64,000 nt of DNA from Candidatus Limnocylindrales bacterium (GCA_036278755.1 DASUKL010000066.1:625-64624), one strand, 5' to 3'. Positions 19,483-30,272 are shown, counted from the stretch's first letter. Program-made: numbers and translations. The notes: generated from the letters alone by a model not told the origin.

Positions 19483-20715
19483 ATGAGGAACATAGGCGGA
19501 GACATCGGGGCTCGAGGTCGACCAGACTGGCGTGGGGCGTGGGTCGAGCTCGACCCGGATGCGTTGGTCGGGAACGTCGCGGCGCTCGCATCCCTGTGCC
19601 CGTCTGGCACCGATCTGATGCCCGTGATCAAGGCTGATGCCTACGGACACGGCGCCCCGTGGGCGGCGCACACACTGATCGAGTCCGGGAGTACGGTCCT
19701 ATGCGTGGCCACGCTCGCCGAGGCGGTCGCCCTCCGTCGGGCCGGGGTCGCAGCACGGCTCCTCTGCCTATACGAGCCGCCTCCGGACGCGTGGCCGGTC
19801 GCGATCGAGGCCGGGATCGAACTGTCGATCGCCAGCGTGGAAGGGATCGACGCGGCCCTGGCGAACCACGGCCGGCCAAGTGCAAGGGTCGGGTTTCACC
19901 TGGCCGTGGACACCGGGATGTGTCGGCAGGGCCTCCTTCCGAGACAGCTGGTCGCTCGAGGGCGAGATCTGGCGCGCATCGCGGGGTCGGTGAACGCGAT
20001 CTGGACGCACCTCGCCGACGGTGCCGACCCGGCCAGCACGAGCCAGCAGCTCGCCCGCTTCGACGAAGCCGTCGCACAGGTCCGGGGCAACGGGATCGAG
20101 GTGCCCCGCCATGTGGCGGCATCGGCCGCGATCCTGGCTCGCCTCGGCGTGACGTATGAGGGCGCGCGGCCGGGCATGGCGATCTACGGCGCCATACCGT
20201 CGGAGTTCACCGCCCGCGGTACCCCGCCGCCCATCGATCTGCGCCCGGTGATGGCCGTGCGGGCTCAGGCGATGAGGATCGAGACCGTGCCGGTCGGCAC
20301 GGCGGTGGGCTATGGCGGGACGTATATCACCGAGCGGCGCTCTCGGCTCGCCACTTTGCCCGTCGGCTACGCTGATGGTCTACCCCGGGCGCTCGGCAAC
20401 GGGGTGGGGTCGATCATCGTCCGAGGTCAACGAGTCCCCATCGTCGGTCGGATGAGCATGGACTCGTGTGTCGTCGATGTGACCGGGTGCCCACGGGTGA
20501 CGAAGGGCACAGTGTTCACCATGCTTGGGAAGGAAGGTCGAGAGCGGATCACCATAGAGGAGCTCGCACTCCTCAGCGGGACGATCCCCCAGGACATCGC
20601 CGTACGTCTCGGCGCCCGTCTGGAACGCACTCGGTCATCTCACGCCGTCGGTCTTGCCGGTGCCCTCGACCGACATACAGGGGGGCCAGGACCTGCCGGC
20701 GCAGGTGGTAGATGA
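19483..20715 (+). CDS. alr: alanine racemase
   Basis: PLP motif VIKADAYGHG, C-terminal beta domain, RBS-like AGGAG upstream. Confidence 0.85.
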   Translation: MRNIGGDIGARGRPDWRGAWVELDPDALVGNVAALASLCPSGTDLMPVIKADAYGHGAPWAAHTLIESGSTVLCVATLAEAVALRRAGVAARLLCLYEPPPDAWPVAIEAGIELSIASVEGIDAALANHGRPSARVGFHLAVDTGMCRQGLLPRQLVARGRDLARIAGSVNAIWTHLADGADPASTSQQLARFDEAVAQVRGNGIEVPRHVAASAAILARLGVTYEGARPGMAIYGAIPSEFTARGTPPPIDLRPVMAVRAQAMRIETVPVGTAVGYGGTYITERRSRLATLPVGYADGLPRALGNGVGSIIVRGQRVPIVGRMSMDSCVVDVTGCPRVTKGTVFTMLGKEGRERITIEELALLSGTIPQDIAVRLGARLERTRSSHAVGLAGALDRHTGGPGPAGAGGR

Positions 20716-21302
20716 CAACGTCCATCCTGTACATGTCGATGTCGCTCGACGGGTTCATCGCCGGGCCGGATGACGGTCCTGACAACGGGCTCGGCGATGG
20801 CGGACACCGGCTGCACGAGTGGTTCGGCGGTCCGGCTGGCCTCAGCGCGCACTCCGGCCTGCCGGCACTCAGCGCGCAGGTGTTCTCCGAGATGCTGGCC
20901 AGCGGTGCGGTGGTCGTGGGGCGCAAGACATTCGACTACGCCGGCCACTGGGGCGGCGACCATCACGGCGTTCCGATCTTCGTGCCCACGCGCGGCAGCC
21001 CGTCAGAGCCGACCAGCGACTGGGTCCATTACGTGCCCGACGCCGCGACCGCGATGCGTGAGGCCAAGGCGGCCGCGGGCGCGCGGGACGTGATGGTCCA
21101 CGGCGCGGCCCTGGCCCAGTCGCTGCTGCACGACGGCCTGCTCGACGAGCTGGAGATCAGCCTCGTCCCGATCCTGCTGGGCGATGGGCGGCGGCTGTTC
21201 GCCACGGACCGGATCGAGCTCGAGCTGACCCGGATCCTGGAGGCACCCAGCGTGACCCACCTCCACTACCGCGTGCCGGGGAGGCCGCTGCCCCCGACGT
21301 GA
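20712..21302 (+). CDS. dihydrofolate-reductase-like (RibD C-terminal / YwjB-family) protein
   Basis: 196 aa starting MSMSLDGFIAGPDDGPD...; ATGA overlap with alr. Confidence 0.75.
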   Translation: MTTSILYMSMSLDGFIAGPDDGPDNGLGDGGHRLHEWFGGPAGLSAHSGLPALSAQVFSEMLASGAVVVGRKTFDYAGHWGGDHHGVPIFVPTRGSPSEPTSDWVHYVPDAATAMREAKAAAGARDVMVHGAALAQSLLHDGLLDELEISLVPILLGDGRRLFATDRIELELTRILEAPSVTHLHYRVPGRPLPPT

Positions 21303-21320
21303 TCGGGCCGCCGATCCGCT

Positions 21321-22697
21321 TCAGTCGCCGGCCAGGACCTCGCGCAGCCTTGCGGCGAACTCGGCCGGTTTGCCGCCCCAGCTGCCCTCGCCGGCGACGA
21401 AACCGCCGTGGTGGCTCGGGAACAGCGTCACCGGGGAGCCCAGGCGCTCGGCGACGGCGTACGCGCCCCGGCTGGCCAGCGTGTCGGCCGACTCCTCGCC
21501 GGCGGCCACCACGATCCGCGTCGCGGCCGCCCTGAGGGCGTCGAAGTCGGGCTCGTAGAAGGTCGTGGCGATGAGGTTCTGCTCGAGGAGGACGTCGTCC
21601 CGCGCGCCATCGTCAGCGGTGGGCAGGCCGAACATCGCTGGATCGGGCGCCGGCTGACTCGCGATCTCGCGGGTGAAGGGCCCGCGGTGGGCGGTCAGGG
21701 CCATGAAAGCCGCCATCCCCGCGCCGAAGCCGCGCTCCTGATACGCCTTGCCGATCCCCCGGATGGCGGCCATCGCAGGCTCACTATCCGGCAGGATCGG
21801 GGCCAGAGGCGGCTCGTGGGCCACGAGCGTCCGGACGTCGTCGGGGTGGCGCGCGACCAGGGCCAGGCCGTTGACCGCGCCGCCGCTGCTGGCGAAGGCG
21901 TCGACCGGCCCCCCGACGGCCTGGATGACCCGATGGAGGTCTTCGGCCTGGTCTTCGGTGCTGTTGGGCGTGGAAGGATCGGCCTTGACGCTCCGGTCGC
22001 TGCCGCGCGGGTCGTAGGTCACGATCGTCCGATCGGGGAAGTGGCTGGCCAGGGGCCCGAAGAACGAGGCTGCCATGGGCGAGCCGAAGAGGAACAGCGG
22101 GGGCTCGGGGGTCCGCTCGCTCCGTCGGACGTCGTACGTCAAGCGCAGGCCCGGAAGCTCGATCGTGTGGGTCGTGATGGTCGGATCCGTCGGGCTCATC
22201 GGGGCCCCATCGTTCGCCAGGATGCCCTCGATCTGACCCACGGCCTCCGTCATGCCCTGTTCCATGCCCATGGCCAGAAGCTGCTCCATGGCCGCGGTGT
22301 CGGGGAAGCGGCTCTGGATCGACATGCGGGTCCGGCCGCCACCGATGTCGGCGATGGTCACCCGGGCCTCGGTGAGGGGCATGTCGGTGTTCGGCCTCCC
22401 ATCGGCATCGGCGAAGCCGTCGCGGAAGGTGAGCCGATATGGCGGCTCCGCCTCCAGCACCTCCCAGTAGCCGTGGGGCTGATCGCCGCTGGGGCCGGTC
22501 ATGTGGTACTCGACCCGTCCGCCGGGGCGCAGGTCGTGGGCCGTCACGGTGGCCGGGTAGATGGGCGGGCCCCACCAGCGCTCGAGCTGACGGGGGTCGG
22601 ACCACAGCTGCCAGATGCGCTCGGGCGGAGCTTCGAACTCGGCCTCGACGATCATCGTCAGCCCCTCAGGGTCCTTGGTCACGGCGGTCACGGTCAT
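21321..22697 (-). CDS. fusion of SRPBCC (AHSA1-like) domain and alpha/beta hydrolase
   Basis: N-terminal 150 aa is AHSA1/SRPBCC-like; the C-terminus is an alpha/beta-hydrolase fold. Confidence 0.7.
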   Translation of the reverse strand: MTVTAVTKDPEGLTMIVEAEFEAPPERIWQLWSDPRQLERWWGPPIYPATVTAHDLRPGGRVEYHMTGPSGDQPHGYWEVLEAEPPYRLTFRDGFADADGRPNTDMPLTEARVTIADIGGGRTRMSIQSRFPDTAAMEQLLAMGMEQGMTEAVGQIEGILANDGAPMSPTDPTITTHTIELPGLRLTYDVRRSERTPEPPLFLFGSPMAASFFGPLASHFPDRTIVTYDPRGSDRSVKADPSTPNSTEDQAEDLHRVIQAVGGPVDAFASSGGAVNGLALVARHPDDVRTLVAHEPPLAPILPDSEPAMAAIRGIGKAYQERGFGAGMAAFMALTAHRGPFTREIASQPAPDPAMFGLPTADDGARDDVLLEQNLIATTFYEPDFDALRAAATRIVVAAGEESADTLASRGAYAVAERLGSPVTLFPSHHGGFVAGEGSWGGKPAEFAARLREVLAGD

Positions 22698-23083
22698 CGG
22701 TCGATCTCCTTCGGATCAGGGGTCTCGTCGGTGGTGTCGTCGCTGGTCTCGTCGGTCACGATGGCGGCCATCCGGTCGATCCGGCCCCGCCACAGGGCTT
22801 CGTACTGGTCCAGCAGCCCGCGGGCGATGCGGAGCGTCTCGGGGTCCGTTCGCACGACCTTGCGCCGGCCGACGCGCTCCTTGGTCACCAGGCCGGCCCG
22901 CTCGAGGACCGCCACGTGCTTCTGGACCGCGGCGAAGCTCATGGGGTAGTGCCCGGCCAGCTCGGCCACACCTTCGCAGCCGTCGATCGCCCGACGCAGG
23001 ATGTCGCGTCGGGTGGCATCGGCGAGGGCCCCGAACATGCGGTCGAACTCGGCCTGGACGAGGGCGAGCGGCGGCGGCGGCAT
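22694..23083 (-). CDS. ArsR/SmtB-family metalloregulator
   Basis: HTH core (ATRRDILRRAI...VAELA...SFAAVQKHVAVLERAGLV); start MPPPP at 23083, with an alternative at 23098. Confidence 0.75.
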   Translation of the reverse strand: MPPPPLALVQAEFDRMFGALADATRRDILRRAIDGCEGVAELAGHYPMSFAAVQKHVAVLERAGLVTKERVGRRKVVRTDPETLRIARGLLDQYEALWRGRIDRMAAIVTDETSDDTTDETPDPKEIDR

Positions 23084-23087
23084 ACAT

Positions 23088-23103
23088 ACAACCATATAGT
23101 TGT
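23088..23103. promoter_or_regulatory. AT-rich imperfect palindrome ACAACCATATAGTTGT at the arsR start (candidate ArsR operator)
   Basis: 14 of 16 positions are palindromic; it is AT-rich in a ~70% GC background. Confidence 0.35.
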
Positions 23104-23644
23104 AGGCCGGCCCTGTCAAGCCGAGGCAGCGGCCGACCGGGCCCTGAAGAGGGACCCCCACCCGAGCCACTGACGCCGCGGCCCCTTGGTGACGCGCAAA
23201 GTCACATGGTGACTACCGCCGGGGCAGGTGAGCGCACAGGGCGAGCGGACTGAACGCTACGCCTCGACCGTAGTCACACGATGACTGCCAGGGCGGGGCG
23301 GGGCTCACAAGCTCGGCGGCGAAGGTGCCGAGCGTCGGCCCCCTGGGGTGTCGTGTCGGGCTTGTCGATCGCCTTCGCCTGGAGCAAGTCATCGGACGCC
23401 ATATGGCCGACGTGGACGGGCCGGGGGCCGCTGCGGGAAGCCTCGCCGGCGGAGGATCCGCTGCCGGAAGGCTCGCCGCCGGAAGCAGGCACGCCCGCTG
23501 GACGAGCCCAAGGTGAACGGCCGCACCGGCGAATGACGCCCTGACCTCAGCGCACCGCACCTGGGAGCATGAGCGCCCAGATTCCGCGATCCACGCGTTG
23601 TACGCTCCCAAACGCTTCCTGGAAGTCGCGCCGGAGGGAGGACC

Positions 23645-25138
23645 ATGCCCAGCGCATCGCGTGCCGTCGCCGGTCGCCTGATCGCCGTCGCAGCGCTCGT
23701 CGGGATCGGAGCGGTCGGCCTGGCAGTGAGACCGCCCGTTTCGACCGCAGCGGCACGGGATTTCACGGTCGGCCCGACGGAGCTCGACTTCCCCGATACG
23801 CCGGTCAGCGCTGCGACCCCGATGCTGTCCGTCCACATCACCAACGTCAGCGGCATCGCGAAACAACCGAGTCTGGCCGGCGGTGCGCTCATCGGGCGCA
23901 AGGACTTCGTGGGCGACGGGCAGGACTGCGGTGTCGTGCAGCCCGGCATGAGCTGCGCCTTCAGGTACCACTTCGCTCCCACGGAGGTGGGCGATCTGGC
24001 CGACAGCACCACGATCGGCGTCGATGGGCTCACCTACCCGATCACGCTGAAGGGCAAGGGCATCACCGGGATGACCGTCGGGCCGACCACCCTGACGTTC
24101 CCCGACACGCTCCCCGGGTCCACGACGGCCGAGCAGTCGGTCGTGCTCACCAACATCAGCAGTCAGACCCTGAAACCCAACCTGGCCGGTGGAGCGCTTA
24201 TCTACAGGAATGACTTCGTTAGCGATGGGCAGACCTGCGGCTCGCTCGCGCCCCACGCGGCCTGCGCCTTTCGGTACCACTTCGCACCAACGACCTACGG
24301 CGAGCTCACCGATCGCACGACGATCGGCGTCGATGGGCTGGACTACGGCATCACCCTCGTCGGGCGGGGCATCACGGGCATCGACGTGTCGCCGACGACC
24401 CTGCCGTTCCCCGACACGCCGGTCGGCCAGCTCAGCGGCATCGTGCAGGTCACGTTCAGGAACATCACCACCCAGGTGCTCCATCCGGGGATCGGCGGCG
24501 GGAGCTTGGCCAGCGGCCACGACTTCATCTACGACGGCGAGGACTGCCCCATCTTCATGGCCGCGGGCGTCACCTGCCACGCCACCTACCAGTTCGCGCC
24601 CAAGTCGAAGGGCCAGCACACCGACACGGCGACATTCCAGATCAACGGGACGCCCATGGTCATCGCGCTCGTCGGCGGCCACGCTCTGCCGACGCCGTCG
24701 CCCACGAAGCGTCCGACGCCAAAGCCGACGCCTCGGTCGACCCCGACATCGAAGCCGACGACCCCAAGGAACTCGAGTCCCACGCCTTCACCGAACGCCA
24801 CGTCCTCCCCGACCGGGTCCTCGTCCTCGAGCGGACCGCCGTCCTCGAGCGGATCGGCGTCCTCGAGTGGATCCGACTTCCCGGCCACGTCCTCCGCGCC
24901 GACGGGCAGTGCCGGCGGAACGGGGCTGCTGGGCCTTGGCGCGACCATCGGCCCGAACGGATCGCCCGGGGACGGCGCGGCCGCCTCGGGGAACGCGCAG
25001 GCCGCGACCAGTCACGTGCCCGGGTCGACTGCCGCGGCCTCGGAAGACGGGCCGTGGCTGCTCGTCCTGGTGATCGTCGTGCTCGTGGCCCTCTTCGGGG
25101 TCGGCGCCTACGTCGTCCGCCAGCGTCGGCGGGCCTGA
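23645..25138 (+). CDS. secreted, membrane-anchored protein with three tandem choice-of-anchor-D-like beta-sandwich repeats, a Pro/Thr/Ser-rich stalk and a C-terminal TM helix
   Basis: Signal peptide; three repeats of ~105 aa (TVGPT.L.FPDT...C.FRYHFAPT...TTIGVDGL.Y.ITL.G.GITG); PTPKPTP stalk; TM helix LLVLVIVVLVALFGVGAYVV; RBS GGAGGGAGG. Confidence 0.7.
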   Translation: MPSASRAVAGRLIAVAALVGIGAVGLAVRPPVSTAAARDFTVGPTELDFPDTPVSAATPMLSVHITNVSGIAKQPSLAGGALIGRKDFVGDGQDCGVVQPGMSCAFRYHFAPTEVGDLADSTTIGVDGLTYPITLKGKGITGMTVGPTTLTFPDTLPGSTTAEQSVVLTNISSQTLKPNLAGGALIYRNDFVSDGQTCGSLAPHAACAFRYHFAPTTYGELTDRTTIGVDGLDYGITLVGRGITGIDVSPTTLPFPDTPVGQLSGIVQVTFRNITTQVLHPGIGGGSLASGHDFIYDGEDCPIFMAAGVTCHATYQFAPKSKGQHTDTATFQINGTPMVIALVGGHALPTPSPTKRPTPKPTPRSTPTSKPTTPRNSSPTPSPNATSSPTGSSSSSGPPSSSGSASSSGSDFPATSSAPTGSAGGTGLLGLGATIGPNGSPGDGAAASGNAQAATSHVPGSTAAASEDGPWLLVLVIVVLVALFGVGAYVVRQRRRA

Positions 25139-25574
25139 CCTCCGGGGCAGCGGGCCTGCGTCGCCCGGCCTTTGGCCCGGGCATGGAGCCTGGGATCCGC
25201 GGTAGTCGCCACATGACTCGTTTCTGGCCAGGGCGTGTCCCAAGCTCCGGTCCTCATCGACGCGGCCCCACGGTTCGCGGGCTAGCGCGACCGCGTAGTC
25301 ATCGGCTGACTGATTGAGGCCGTGGGGGTCGACAAGGGCGCCCACGGTCGGCCACGAGCGGATGACATCCAGGGCCGCGGACGCTCACCGCGCACCTTCC
25401 TAGCGGCCCTGCGCAGGAGCCATGCATCAGGTGCATACGGCCAAAGCGAAGGGTCCTCGACCTTCATCGACGCCGACCGCCGAGCCCGAACCTACGGAGG
25501 CCCGAGCCGCCGAGCCGGACGCCCAGCCCGAACCTACGGAGGCCGACGCCGCCTCCGAACGCCCGAACCGACCC

Positions 25575-26234
25575 TCAGGGAGCCCCGGCAACCGAGCCCG
25601 ACCCTCCTGCCTCCAGGGCGAGGAGCGTCCGCTTCGCATCGAGCCCGCCGGCGTAGCCGCCCAGGCTGCCGTCCGAACGGAGCACGCGGTGGCAGGGGAC
25701 GACGATCGGCAGCGGGTTCGTGGCGCAGGCCGTGCCCACGGCGCGCATCGCCCGGGGACGACCCAGCCAACCGGCGATCGCGGCGTAGCTGGCCGTGCCG
25801 CCATAGGGGATCGAGGGCAGGCGTTCCAGCACCTCGCGACGGAAGCCGACGGAGAGGCGGCGGTCGAGCGGCAGGTCGAAGATCGTCCGCGCCCCGGCGA
25901 AGTACTCGTCGAGCTCGCGGGCGACCGGGTCCAGCCGCCGCGGGGCGCGCAGGATCCGGGGGCTGATCCGTTCGGCCAGGGTGGCCAGCACGGCCTCGTG
26001 GCGCTCACCTTCGACGGCGACGCGCACGAGCCCAGCCTCGGTGGCCGCCAGCAGCAGCGAGCCGATCGGCGAGTCGACCGTCCGGTACGCGACGTCCAGG
26101 TCGCTGCTCGCTTCGGCTGCGGCGGCCAGCCGGACCCGCAGGCGGGCCAGCGTCTGAGGGTCAGCGGGCGCCAGGGCCCCCAGGAGCTGGGAGTCGGTCG
26201 TCATCGGGTCGGTCGTCATCGGGTCGGTCGTCAT
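25575..26234 (-). CDS. ogt: methylated-DNA--protein-cysteine methyltransferase
   Basis: PCHRVL active-site motif. The N-terminus is MTTDPMTTDPMTTD, encoded by three 15-bp tandem units. The first ATG overlaps the ECF sigma stop (ATGA). Confidence 0.8.
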   Translation of the reverse strand: MTTDPMTTDPMTTDSQLLGALAPADPQTLARLRVRLAAAAEASSDLDVAYRTVDSPIGSLLLAATEAGLVRVAVEGERHEAVLATLAERISPRILRAPRRLDPVARELDEYFAGARTIFDLPLDRRLSVGFRREVLERLPSIPYGGTASYAAIAGWLGRPRAMRAVGTACATNPLPIVVPCHRVLRSDGSLGGYAGGLDAKRTLLALEAGGSGSVAGAP

Positions 26235-26237
26235 CGG
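26193..26237. repeat. 15-bp tandem repeat x3 (GTCGGTCGTCATCGG) inside the ogt 5' coding region
   Basis: Three perfect copies, each carrying an in-frame ATG. Confidence 0.9.
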
Positions 26238-26737
26238 GATCGTCCTTTCGTCGGTTCGGAGGCCGGGGCGTAGGTCCGGCGCAGGGTGCGGATGCCGTCG
26301 GCCGCGGCGCGACGGGCCGCCTCGGCGGTGCCGCCGACGATGGCCGCGACCTCCGCGTACGGCAGGTCGGCGAGGTAGTGGTAGGCCACGGTCTGGCGCT
26401 GCCGGGCAGGCAGGGCACGGATGGCCGCCCACAGCTCGTCGTCGGGAGCGTGGCCGGGCAGCCCGTCCGTGGCGGGACGGTCGTCCGGCGGCTGGCCCAC
26501 GCTGGCTGGTCGGCGAGCCTGGGAACGGCCGAGGTCGATGGCCTTGCGATGGGCGATCGTCACCAGCCAGGCTTCCATGTTGGCCCCCTCGTCGAGGGCC
26601 GGGTAGGCCCGCATGGCAGCGAGGAACGTTTCGGACCAGGCGTCCTCGGCGTCGGCCGGACCGACGACGGCCCGAGCCACGCGGAACACGGTCGCGCCGT
26701 GCTGCTCGACGATCTCTTCGAAGGGTCGTTTCGACAC
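26231..26737 (-). CDS. ECF-type RNA polymerase sigma-70 factor
   Basis: Sigma-2 and sigma-4 regions (…ETFLAAMRAYP…LPARQRQTVAYHYLADLPYAEVAAI…); GTG start 8 nt after GGAGGAG. Confidence 0.75.
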   Translation of the reverse strand: MSKRPFEEIVEQHGATVFRVARAVVGPADAEDAWSETFLAAMRAYPALDEGANMEAWLVTIAHRKAIDLGRSQARRPASVGQPPDDRPATDGLPGHAPDDELWAAIRALPARQRQTVAYHYLADLPYAEVAAIVGGTAEAARRAAADGIRTLRRTYAPASEPTKGRSR

Positions 26738-26987
26738 GCGGGGCGCTCCTCCACGAGTTGCCAGGCTAGCGGACCAACACCCCGTAGACGCCGTGAGGCC
26801 GCGGAACGTGAGGTCGGATCCGCGCCCCGGAACGCCCCCCGGTAGGGCGAAATGCCAGTGAGTGCTGGATGCGCGGTCGAGCGTGCACGACGTGGTGCCC
26901 GTATGGCAGCCCGGGCGTGCCATCCTGCATGGTCGCGAGCGGTTCCGAGTCCTGGGAATGATCAGCGAGCAACGCGGCCGGGGCGGG

Positions 26988-27066
26988 CAATGCGGCCGGC
27001 GCGGAACAGCGGCCGGCGCGGAACAGCGGCCGGTGCGGAACAGCGGCCGGTGCGGACCAGCCGCCA
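26988..27066. repeat. 17-bp tandem repeat (GCGGAACAGCGGCCGGY) about 3.5 copies, 250-330 bp upstream of the ECF sigma gene
   Basis: Directly visible in the sequence. Confidence 0.85.
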
Positions 27067-27154
27067 GCGAGGGCAAGCGGCCGAAGGAAGCGTGCCGCGA
27101 CGCCCGCCGTTTCTGGACCGTCCGAGGAGGGCGGGAAGCGGCCAGGCTCCGCGT

Positions 27155-27819
27155 TCAGTCGGCCGAGGAGTCACCCTCCGATTCGGCAGCGCCCTCGGCA
27201 GGCTGGGCCTCGCCCTCCGGGGCCCCCTCGGCCGCCTCGGCGACCACCGGGGCCTCCTCGACCCGCGGCGCCTGGACGCGAGCGATCGGCTCGTCGAGGT
27301 CCGTCACCAGGGTGACCCGCTCGGGGATGCGCAAGTCGCGAGCATGGAGGGTCGTCTCGAAGGTCTCGAGGGGGGTGATGTCGAATTCCAGCGACGAGGG
27401 CAGGTCCGTGGGGAGGGCCCGCACCCGGACCGTGTCGACGAAGTGGAGGAGCGTGCCGCCCAGCTTGTCCACGGCGAACGACGTGCCGACCGCGGCGATG
27501 GGCACATCGACCGTCATCTCCTCGGTCATCTTGACGAGGTAGAAGTCGACATGGAGCGGCTTGCGGCTGACGGGGTGCTCCTGGACGGCGTGGACCATGA
27601 CCGGCCGGGCCGTGCCGCCGTCCACCTTGAGGTCCACCAGCGCGTTGCGGCCGGCCTGACGGCGCAGCAGGGCGAAGGCCTTGTCCTCGATCTGGAGCGA
27701 CTCCGAGGCCTGGCCGTGCCCGTAGACGACGGCGGGCAGGAGGCCCTGGGCACGCAGGTGCCGGACGGCCTTGCCCTGGATCTCGCGCCGCTGCGCGACC
27801 AGCTCGGGACGGGTGCTCA
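27155..27819 (-). CDS. rplY: 50S ribosomal protein L25 / general stress protein Ctc
   Basis: MSTRPELVAQRREIQGKAVRHLRAQGLLPAVVYGHGQ... with an acidic Ala/Glu-rich tail. Confidence 0.85.
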
Positions 27820-27946
27820 TCGGTTCGAAGGGGACCTCGTGGGGGCGCAGCGGGGCTGGCGCCGGAGTCTCTCGGTGGAGGACACGGATGGCGATGGAGG
27901 GCGAACATCGTACCAGACGCGTCACTTGTGCCACCATCAGACAGCC

Positions 27947-28642
<696 letters not shown>

Positions 28643-28736
28643 CGGCCAGGGACCAGGCCAGCGGCTGGGCCGCCTGAGCGCCGGCCTCCGGCGGCGGCTG
28701 CGGGCTCGACCGGCCCTGGCCTGGATCCCGCTCGGC

Positions 28737-30272
28737 ATGCGTGCCCTCCAATGGCGTCTCGTCATCGCCTTCGTCGGCGTGGTCACCCTGGCCATCGCCA
28801 TCGTCCTCGTGACCCTGCCCAACCTCCTCGACGGCTACTTCGCCCAGCAGGAGCAGAAGAACCTCGACGCCCGGGCCCGGGTCATCGCCACGGTCGTCAC
28901 CCTGCGCATCGGCCTGGCCACAGGCGGCAGCAACGGCGCGGCGCCCATCGTCCTGCCGACCGACCCGCCGACCGCCTCCTCCGTCGTGGCCGATGCCCTG
29001 GGCCGGGCCGGCGATTCGAGCGGGCTGCTAGAGCAGGTCACCTCGAGCATCGCCGAATCGGACCTGGAGCTGACGATCTCCACCAGCCCCGACAGCACGG
29101 GCACGGTGGCCTACCGCCTCACGATCCCCTACCGGCCGCCCCAGCCGATCGCCGGCCAGGAGCCCGACACGATCACCGACACCTACGCCTTCCGCCTGGC
29201 CGACACCTACTGGTCGCAGTTCCCCGGCCAGGCCCCCGCCCGCCTCGTGACGATCACCCTCTCGCACCCCTGGACCTACCGGGCCCAGACCCTCCGCGAC
29301 GTGGTGGGGGTCATGCTCCTCGGCGGCCTCATCGCGGTCGCCGTCTCGATCGTCCTGGCCGTCTTCATCGCCACCCGCCTGACCACGCCCATCCGGCGCT
29401 TGACCCTGGCCTCACGAGCCCTGGCCGAGGGCGACTTCGACGCCCGCGTGACCCATGCCGCGGACAGCGGCGCGCCGGAGGTGGCGGAGCTAGGCGTGGC
29501 CTTCAACCGCATGGCCGATAGGCTCCAGGAATCCATCGAGCTCATCCGCCGCGATCGCGACCGGAGCCGCGACTTCCTGGCCGACGTGAGCCACGAGCTG
29601 CGGACGCCTCTGGCCGCGCTGCGGACCTTCAATGAGCTGCTCCAGGAAGGCGCCGACGACGATCCATCGACCCGAGCCGAGTTCCTCGAGTCCAGCCGGG
29701 GCCAGATCGAGCGCCTCGACTGGTTGGCCCAGAACCTCCTCGACCTGTCCAAGCTCGACTCCGGGCTGGTGGCCCTCGACCTCCGTCCCGACGACCTGCG
29801 GGCAACGGTCGAGGACGCCCTCGAGCAGTCCCAGCCGGCGGCGTCCCGACGCGGCGTGCGCCTCGTGGCCGACTTGCCGCCGGAGCCCGTCCGCCAGCGC
29901 CACGACCCCCAGCGACTGGCCCAGGTGCTCAGCAACCTCATCGGCAACAGCCTGAAGTTCACGCCGCCCGGGGGCAGCGTCCGGGTAGCCCTGAGCGTCT
30001 CGAACACGGGAGCCCGACTGCGGGTCAGCGACACCGGCGTGGGCATCGACCCGGGCGAGCTGCCCCACGTCTTCGACCGCTTCTACCGCGGCACGAGGGC
30101 CGGTGAGGTGCGGGCGGCCGGTTCGGGGCTGGGGTTGTCGATCGTCCGCTCGATCGTGGAGATGCACGGCGGACGAGTGGCCATCGAGAGTACCCCGGGC
30201 CAGGGGACGAGCGTGTCGGTCGACCTGCCGCGTGATGTGGTGCAATCTTCACCCGCCCCTTCCCCGCTCTGA
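28737..30272 (+). CDS. sensor histidine kinase (two TM helices, HAMP, HisKA, HATPase)
   Basis: H-box SHELRTPL and N/G boxes; partner of the upstream response regulator. Confidence 0.85.
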   Translation: MRALQWRLVIAFVGVVTLAIAIVLVTLPNLLDGYFAQQEQKNLDARARVIATVVTLRIGLATGGSNGAAPIVLPTDPPTASSVVADALGRAGDSSGLLEQVTSSIAESDLELTISTSPDSTGTVAYRLTIPYRPPQPIAGQEPDTITDTYAFRLADTYWSQFPGQAPARLVTITLSHPWTYRAQTLRDVVGVMLLGGLIAVAVSIVLAVFIATRLTTPIRRLTLASRALAEGDFDARVTHAADSGAPEVAELGVAFNRMADRLQESIELIRRDRDRSRDFLADVSHELRTPLAALRTFNELLQEGADDDPSTRAEFLESSRGQIERLDWLAQNLLDLSKLDSGLVALDLRPDDLRATVEDALEQSQPAASRRGVRLVADLPPEPVRQRHDPQRLAQVLSNLIGNSLKFTPPGGSVRVALSVSNTGARLRVSDTGVGIDPGELPHVFDRFYRGTRAGEVRAAGSGLGLSIVRSIVEMHGGRVAIESTPGQGTSVSVDLPRDVVQSSPAPSPL

